Of a DNA stretch of 64,000 bases, positions 1 to 64,000 are shown in pieces. Each line of letters opens with the position of its first letter. The stretch's first letter is position 1. Under the pieces are notes generated by a model, which searched no databases, was not told where the DNA came from, and saw only the letters and a program-made list of their open reading frames with translations. Made by a program: the position numbers and the translations under genes. The DNA comes from Octopus bimaculoides (lineage: Eukaryota), in the NCBI RefSeq assembly GCF_001194135.2, contig NC_069009.1, forward strand, positions 8,511,954 to 8,575,953, given 5' to 3'.

Positions 1-980
1 ATCATATGAACCTCTTGGCTCCTTTTTCATCAATACTGTCTCCTTTAGAGGACATCTCTTGAGACGATTATCTCATTGTACCAGTTGCTTCAAATCCTGT
101 TGCTCTGAATAAATTATCAAAATATATGGACTGTGACCGAGGATCTTATATCACTCCAAGCATTAGTAGGACAACTCTACTTCCAAGTGAAACATCTTCT
201 TGAGGTCCTTCTTGTATACTCTTGCCACAATATAGATCAAAGTTGTAACAAAATCCTGAAACACTGCACAGTGCCCAAAAGTTGTAACCAAATCTTCTGG
301 GTTTCCCTTTTATAAATTATTTGAGTGAATTATGTATTTGACTATCATTTCATTGACTGAGAGACCCTTTAAAAATTGTGAGAGAACGAACTTTGTAACC
401 TTTATCATTTTTATTCTCCTCCCAGTTTTCATTATTGCAAAAGTGAATGATGATTTTCAGATGCTGAAATCAATTTCTTGTAATAGCATTTTTGATTAGT
501 AGCATGCTCAATCCTCCTCATTTGACCAGTAGTTTCTTGTGGAGGGTAAGCTAAGATAACTGGAACACATTAGAACTAGAAATGTTTTTAGTTCATCTAC
601 AGAAAAGATTTTGATTTTATTCTTCCTAGCTGCAGAATATTGAACAGTTTCTTTTACCTTGGGGTCATATATTTCTGAGGTTAGTAGTTCCTCAAAAATT
701 TCAACAGGGCTGCAATATTGCATAGCATCTTTCATTTTGCTAAAACATTCTGAATAATTCTGTTCTGGTCTGAGTGTTTGTGTATTCAGGAATCTTTTTC
801 CTCCAAAGACGTTCTGAACAAAGTAATTTTCATTTCTTTGTGGGTCTTCTTGTTTGTTACTTAGGACTCTTCAGCAGTATTAGTCTCATTTTCATAATAA
901 TATGTAATTGCAGTGATCCAGGCACAACATTGACAATTGGCTCACCAGTGTCGTTGCTGTTGGCTAGTCCTCATCAGTGA
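1..980 (-). mobile_element. Degenerate piggyBac-family transposase remnant
   Basis: Minus ORF 508-735 (SPVEIFEELL...TVQYSAA...DELKTFL...YLSLPSTRNYWS) and VPLKETVLMKKEPRGSYD at the window start resemble piggyBac/PGBD transposases; stops and frameshifts present; termini not found. Confidence 0.7.
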
Positions 981-2380
981 GATTCTGTGAGTCTGGGGGT
1001 ACAATGATCTTGTCAGTTGTCAAAGCATGAGCATGTTTTCTTGACATCTAAGGGTAGACACCATAAAAGGATATAATTAACTGTTTATTATTGGTTTTAT
1101 AACTATTTACTACAAAAGAATATTACAATCACAGCATTGCATTACAAAAACCATAACAGTATAGTTCACTGCGCTTTCAAAACTTTATAATACATACATT
1201 AAACAAATTTATCCAGAGGTGTCCTCTCTCCATACCAGCTACTTCACTTCTGAATGTTGCAACACACTTTTTGCCTCTAATTACAGAACATATTTCAACT
1301 TGTCATAACAATACAGCATCATGTCACCACATGATGCTGTTCATGTGTCTCTGAGTAGAGTACCAGATCACATCACTACACAATGACCCAGTGTTCCAAC
1401 ATATTATGTAATAAATGTAATGTAATGTGTCTGAACAATTTTAAAGATTTAGTTGTGTAAAATGGTTTTTAGAGATTCATATTTTGATGATAGATTTACA
1501 GTGAATGTTTTTAGTCAGATATTGAAAACTGAAATTTGTAAGCAACTCTACTGACATTATTTTCATCATTTTTGCAGTCAAATTAATGTAACTATCTATT
1601 ACTTGATTATGTGAATATGTAGTAAGATTAGAGCTTCCTTTATTTGGCATTCACATAAAAAAATATATAAAATATGAGCATATAAGCTTATTTAATGTTT
1701 TCATTTGGTGTCCTATAGGACTGTGGGACTTAATGGGTTGTGTAGAAAAGGTAAAGGTAGAAATTCCATATGTTGTACCTAGTGTAAGCTAAGGACACAT
1801 AAGAAATACAGTAGCATCACAACAAGGTTAACAGAAACTAATTTTTGTGTTTGACAGATATGTAGGAACAATGGTAAACACTGCAAACACACAGGAAATA
1901 GACTGAGTCAAGTGCCCAGGGGCATCGTTAGAAATAGTTTCTGTTGTCTAAGTGATTCAATTAGCTTCTGAGGAGGATGTGTGTAGTTGCGGGAATCGGA
2001 ACTGGCTGGGAAAAGTTATTAACAAAGGGTCTCTCTCTCTCTCTCAGAGTGAAAAGCAGACTGTTTGATGCTTGTGTATGAGCGATGCTACACAGTAGTG
2101 AAATGTGGGCTGTTGAGGGGTCTTGCCTCATAAGTTAGTAATATGCTGGTGCCGCATAAAAAGCACCCAGTCCACTCTATAAAGTGGTTTGCATTAAGAA
2201 GGGCATCTGGCTGCAAGACCCATGCCAAGATAGACAATAGAGCTTGGCACAGTCGTCTCATTTGCCAGCTCCTCTCAAACTGTTGTTCATCCTAAGTCAG
2301 CATGGAAAACAGGCATTAAATGATGATGATGACAATGTTTGTGTGTGTGTGTGTGTGTATGATTGTATACATTTATATAC

Positions 2381-2454
<74 letters not shown>

Positions 2455-2501
2455 CTTTATAATTTCTGTACATCACCTCCAAACCTTCCAATATATATAT
2501 A

Positions 2502-2648
2502 TGGTTGGCGTTAGGAAGGGCATCCAGCTGTAGAAACTCTGCCAAATTTAGATTGGAGCCTGGTGTTGCCATCCGGTTTCACCAGTCCTCAGTCAAGTCG
2601 TCCAACCCATGCTAGCATGGAAAGCGGACGTTAAACGATGATGATGAT
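2502..2648 (+). mobile_element. Young RTE-type 3' tail element with (GAT)n tail
   Basis: GGTTGGCGTTAGGAAGGGCATCCAGC...GGACGTTAAACGATGATG; near-identical copies at 7026-7141(-), 24157-24304(-), 25791-25989(+), 49226-49400(+); many older diverged copies elsewhere. Confidence 0.8.
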
Positions 2649-3476
2649 ATATATATATAGACAGACACACACACACATACATAGACACACACATGTACAT
2701 GTATATAAATGTATATAACAGAAATGTCAAAAACTTTTTGAAAAATCTTAGCATGGAAATTTATGATTGTTTTCAGAAAATAGAAGTGAGGAAGTTGGGA
2801 ATGCACTTAACAGTGAATATGTCATTTTTCAATGTATTGAAACAAGATGACATCCTTCAAAATATCGTCCTCGTTTAATGTCCACTTTCCATGCTGGCAT
2901 GGGTCGGATGATTTGACAGGAACCAGCCAGGTAGAAGATTACACCAGGCTACTGTGTCTGCTTTGGCAGGGTTTTTATGGCTGGATGTCCTTCCTAACTC
3001 TAACCACCCTGCAGAGTAGGCTGAGTGCTTTCTTACGTGGCACCACCAGAGTCAGTTTTGGTATGGTTTTGACAGCTGGATGTCCTTTCAATTGCCAACC
3101 ACTTTACAATATGGATTGGATGCTTTTTATGTGGCACCAGCATTGGTAGAGTCACCAAGTAGCTTGCACAACAAGGAATCTTTGAGAGGGGAAGGTGCAT
3201 CAGAGGTGGTGGTCTTGTGTCAGATGATGAAAAGTTAGAATGAGACAGAGAGACAGAAACAGGTATCATGCTGTAGAGGAGGTACTTGGTTATCTAGCCA
3301 AAGAGAGACGAGGGAGAGAGTTAACAAGAAAGGGACTTCAAAATATACATTGAAAATAAATTTTCCAATGTCTGTATATTCAAATTAAAATTATTGAGCG
3401 TTTCCGATATTGGCTACATTGACATACTCTGTTTCACCATTCATTACAAGATATATATGTTAAATCTGTGTGTGTG

Positions 3477-3513
<37 letters not shown>

Positions 3514-3515
<2 letters not shown>

Positions 3516-3896
3516 TCATCATCATCATCATCGTTTAACGTCCGCTTTCCATGCTAGCATGGGTTGGACGATTTGACTGAGGACTGGTGAAACCGGATGG
3601 CAACACCAGGCTCCAGTCTGATTTGGCAGAGTTTCTACAGCTGGATGCCCTTCCTAACGCCAACCACTCAGAGAGTGTAGTGGGTGCTTTTACGTGTCAC
3701 CCGCACGAAAACGGCCACGCTCGAAATGGTGTCTTTTATGTGCCACCCGCACAAGCCAGTCCAGGGGCACTGGCAACGATCTCGCTCGAAAATCCTACAG
3801 GAGCCAGTCAGGCGGTACTGGCAACGGCCACGCTCAAAATGGTGCATCTCATGTGCCACCCGCACAAGAACCAGTCCAGGGGCACTGGCAACGATC
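3514..3896 (-). mobile_element. ~380 bp young RTE-tail non-autonomous element with internal direct repeat
   Basis: (CAT)n tail on the left; CCAGTCCAGGGGCACTGGCAACGATC occurs twice; near-identical inverted copy at 24840-25212. Confidence 0.8.
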
Positions 3897-3951
3897 ATAT
3901 ATATATATATATATGAAGTATGTATATAATGTTGTTTCTTATCTATTTCAG

Positions 3952-60165
<56,214 letters not shown>

Positions 60166-60259
60166 GTGAGTTCAAGCTTATATATTTATATGTGTGTGTG
60201 TGTGTTTCATTATATATATATATAGTGTGTGTGTATATATATATCTATATATATATATG

Positions 60260-61097
60260 CAGCATAGATGAAAAGTAAGGAGGCATTAAAAATTGGTAAT
60301 AAAATCCATATTTTTTTTACAAATTTACAGAAACCAATGATACATGTTCTTTATTACATGGGAAGCTGAAAGTAAATCTTCATATTTCAATGTAAGCACC
60401 TCAAATGGCCAGGGATAAAGTGAACAACCTTCTGAAGGACATCATCTGGGATATCATTGAGAACATCCTGAATCCGTGTCTCCAAGTCCTCCAGTGTGTG
60501 AGGTTTTGTCTTGTACACTTAAGCTTTTATGTAACCCCGCAGGTAAAAATCACATGGAGTAAGATCTGGACTTCTGTAGCCACAGTCTTCAGGTTTTAGC
60601 TCCTGCACATAATGGGGTTTCCATGGACAAAAATTAAATTCTTTATGCAACACTGTACATATTATGTGTCTTGTTAGTCCACTTTCACAAGCTGTTTGAT
60701 ATGTTGATTTTTGTGGGCTGCAATTAAATATTTCCTGCATGTCCTCCACTGATTGGGATGTGGTTGGACAGTCACTTCTTGCATCATTCACAGAGCCTGT
60801 GATCATCAGCTTTGCGTGACATCTTTTTGTTGTCTCCAGACGTAGTGTTGCAGGCTTACCTTTCCATGCACGCCACCATCTCTGAACCAAAACAATGGAA
60901 TTCCACACTTCATAGCATGCTGCTATCTTAGCTCACTCCTCAACAGTCAAGTGACTGGCCATCTGGAAAATAAGAAACTAGAAGATAAGAAATCCCCATT
61001 AGTGTTGCTTGTTTAGAAAATGTTTTCGTCATGACTTCAATGATACTAAAAATTCTATAAGCAATTTCTAATGCCTAGTTACTTTCCACCCACCCTG
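60260..61097 (-). mobile_element. Internally deleted Tc1/mariner-superfamily element in a (TA)n tract
   Basis: Imperfect ~38-bp TIR (CAGGGTGGGTGGAAAGTAACTAGGCATTAGAAATTG); minus ORF 60519-60908 with N-terminal HTH-like region fused to RSPDLTPCDFYL. Confidence 0.82.
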
Positions 61098-61099
61098 TA

Positions 61100-61139
<40 letters not shown>

Positions 61140-63016
61140 CTTGCTGGCACCCCCCCCCACCTTCCATTGGACGGTTTGTATAGGTGAAGAGGGTTAACTC
61201 GGACGGTGTTAAGTTGTGGAGATGTTTGGTGATTGTATGGAGTTGTTACTTTTGGTTAGAGCATTAAAGATTCCTGAGATGTTAAAACTGTTGACTGTTT
61301 CTTCTAAATAAGGAAAAATGATTGATAGAGAATCTTAACACAGTGAACCTTTTCAAAATTGTCAAGAGGCCAAGAAAATGAAGGTAAGCTGTTCAGCCCA
61401 CAATATATACAACTTCCGGTGGAATCGAACATCATAATCAACCTTAAACTTTTTGCACTCAAACACTTTCACGTTAGGATAAGCACGATGTATTCTTCCA
61501 TAGTACATACCTCATGTTGACACCTATACGTCAGACTGAACACTGTTTTATCTCCAAAGTGAATATTGCAAGTGATATTTAAGCAATAAACAGTTCTTTG
61601 GTTTTTGCATTTGACGACTGTTGCTTTACATATTTTATTTCGATTTTCACTGGCATAGTGGTAAGAACAACGTGATACGTAACAGTAGTTTCGAATGAAA
61701 ATATGAATGACAGTTTTAATCACCCGATGGACAAGCAAACAGAAACTGCTATTCAATAAAGATGCAAAATGCTTAGGAAAGTCTCTCTTCTCTAAAAAAA
61801 CTGACACAAAAAGAGTTGAAACTCAGGGGTGAAATAACACAATGTGCAATAAAATAACATAAGGCATGTTCTTTGCAAATACCGCTTATTTTTATAAGTT
61901 GGATGAGAAACGTTAGGCAAGGTTTTAGATGTAACCCCCCAAATTTTTCATGTTTTATAAGCAATCAATTAGTCTTTTCTTTCAAATGAATTTTGTTGAG
62001 AATATCTTCAGAAAATTGAATAATCACCAGTTATTTAGTTGCTTTATTTTCACTTTTTTGCTGCAACTACCTTTTCCTAGTAGTTTCTCATGTCAGTTGG
62101 TTTATTGCATGAAAAACAACCGTAAGAACACATTTGACCACGAATGCACATGGTTGATTANNNNNNNNNNNNNNNNNNNNNNNNNNNNNNNNNNNNNNNN
62201 NNNNNNNNNNNNNNNNNNNNNNNNNNNNNNNNNNNNNNNNNNNNNNNNNNNNNNNNNNNNNNNNNNNNNNNNNNNNNNNNNNNNNNNNNNNNNNNNNNNN
62301 NNNNNNNNNNNNNNNNNNNNNNNNNNNNNNNNNNNNNNNNNNNNNNNNNNNNNNNNNNNNNNNNNNNNNNNNNNNNNNNNNNNNNNNNNNNNNNNNNNNN
62401 NNNNNNNNNNNNNNNNNNNNNNNNNNNNNNNNNNNNNNNNNNNNNNNNNNNNNNNNNNNNNNNNNNNNNNNNNNNNNNNNNNNNNNNNNNNNNNNNNNNN
62501 NNNNNNNNNNNNNNNNNNNNNNNNNNNNNNNNNNNNNNNNNNNNNNNNNNNNNNNNNNNNNNNNNNNNNNNNNNNNNNNNNNNNNNNNNNNNNNNNNNNN
62601 NNNNNNNNNNNNNNNNNNNNNNNNNNNNNNNNNNNNNNNNNNNNNNNNNNNNNNNNNNNNNNNNNNNNNNNNNNNNNNNNNNNNNNNNNNNNNNNNNNNN
62701 NNNNNNNNNNNNNNNNNNNNNNNNNNNNNNNNNNNNNNNNNNNNNNNNNNNNNNNNNNNNNNNNNNNNNNNNNNNNNNNNNNNNNNNNNNNNNNNNNNNN
62801 NNNNNNNNNNNNNNNNNNNNNNNNNNNNNNNNNNNNNNNNNNNNNNNNNNNNNNNNNNNNNNNNNNNNNNNNNNNNNNNNNNNNNNNNNNNNNNNNNNNN
62901 NNNNNNNNNNNATATACAAGAATAAGGGCAGGGAATCGTCAATTAATAATAGAATTAATAATTAACAATTTTGCCAAGTAGTTCAGTATGAAAAAACCTT
63001 TATCGGTAAAACCATT

Positions 63017-63160
63017 TATCATTATAAATATACAGGGATTAGCATTGAGTTGCTTCTCCAACATACTGTTTAGAATCAGTAGTTCTTTGACTGCTATTTC
63101 TATATTTTCAGTATGTTGGAGAAGCAACTCAGTGCTAATCCCTGTATATTTATGATGATA
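63017..63160. repeat. 144-bp inverted repeat around a MITE-like core (63033-63144)
   Basis: 52-bp arms with 2 mismatches; TA|CAGGG...CCCTG|TA inside the arms. Confidence 0.88.
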
Positions 63161-63420
63161 TATGTATAATGACAGGCTTCTTTTAGTTTCTGTCTACCAA
63201 ATCCACTCACAAGGCTTTGGTCAGCCCAAAGCATAGCAGAAGATACTTGCCCAAGGTGCCATGCAGTAGGACTGAACCTGGAACCATGTGGTTGGTAAGC
63301 AAGCTACTTACCACACAGCCACTCCATATATATAGTAAATAAAAGATGGAAGATGGAATATACCAGTAAGCTGACAGATGTAAACCATTTGTTTTATTAT
63401 CCAATATATATATATATATA

Positions 63421-63624
63421 TAAAGGAAACCACTAGGTGGGCTGTTAATGTGCTAGAAGATCACATGTAATGTGTCTACTAAGACCGAATTGTTCTCAAA
63501 GGAAATTTAGTGAAGTAACAAAAACGTATACGGGCAGGACAAGTGAAAATTACATAAATGTATACAGTTATCTGTAAACTAGTTTTGAAATTAACATTTT
63601 CTTACCGCCGGGTATTTCTGCTAG
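63421..63624 (+). mobile_element. Short non-autonomous Helitron-like fragment
   Basis: Ends GGGTATTTCTGCTAG-T, the same 3' terminus as the remnant at 21199; 5' boundary approximate. Confidence 0.5.
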
Positions 63625-64000
63625 TATATATATATAATTATTATTGAGTGAGAGAGCAGTGCATGCCATCTAAGTGACACTGGGGTAAAAATATATGAAG
63701 CCCATTATACCCATCATGACTACCCGTCTGATAAGGGTACACCAGGCACATGCATCACAGCCATATGTGCGCGACATGGTGATCTCATATCAAGATAAAC
63801 AGCGCATGACCTCGCAGGTGGGGCCCAGTTAGAATTTTCTTCAGGTCGAGTAGCGCATCCTGCTCAAAAGGTCCCTGAATAAGGTTTGTTTAAGGATGTT
63901 GAGCAAAATACCAATGTTTCCAAAAGTGAATTATTCAAACCCCAAAGAATTCCTCTCAACACATGGCTATGATGCTCCCCCTCTACTCCTGCTCATGATC

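Noticed and set aside
1313-1340. Perfect 12-bp stem with 4-nt loop
   Set aside because: Short and isolated; no terminator, Helitron or ncRNA context
1719-1750. Short AG/GT segment with ATG as PARN exon 1
   Set aside because: Ends in phase 0 whereas exon 2 needs phase 1; no similarity to a PARN N-terminus

Overview
AT-rich, repeat-dense animal genomic DNA with ten assembly gaps. The repeat families suggest an octopod cephalopod; this is inference, not a database result. One protein-coding gene spans the window on the + strand: poly(A)-specific ribonuclease PARN. I traced 19 GT-AG exons by hand (3952-60165, 1734 nt, one continuous frame, splice phases consistent). They cover the DEDD nuclease (AIDGEF, GHNMLLD, HEAGYDA), the R3H-like insert and the RRM. 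The start exon and last exon were not found; exon numbers below assume one short upstream coding exon. Introns are filled with tRNA-derived SINEs, RTE LINE pieces and young RTE-tail elements, Tc1/mariner remnants and MITEs, piggyBac remnants and MITEs, and Helitron remnants. Almost all ORFs in the supplied track are noise. Best leads: (1) a ~340-356 bp monomer at three loci, tandem and in different circular phases, carrying a degenerate type I hammerhead ribozyme (candidate non-LTR retrozyme or Penelope-type repeat); (2) a 328-bp near-perfect palindrome with a minimal hammerhead in each arm; (3) a stop-free, phase-compatible cryptic exon derived from the catalytic exon 11; (4) a tRNA-like Pol III unit whose ends pair in a shifted register; (5) near-identical inverted retro-elements next to exons; (6) two independent insertions at the same site of one MITE family.
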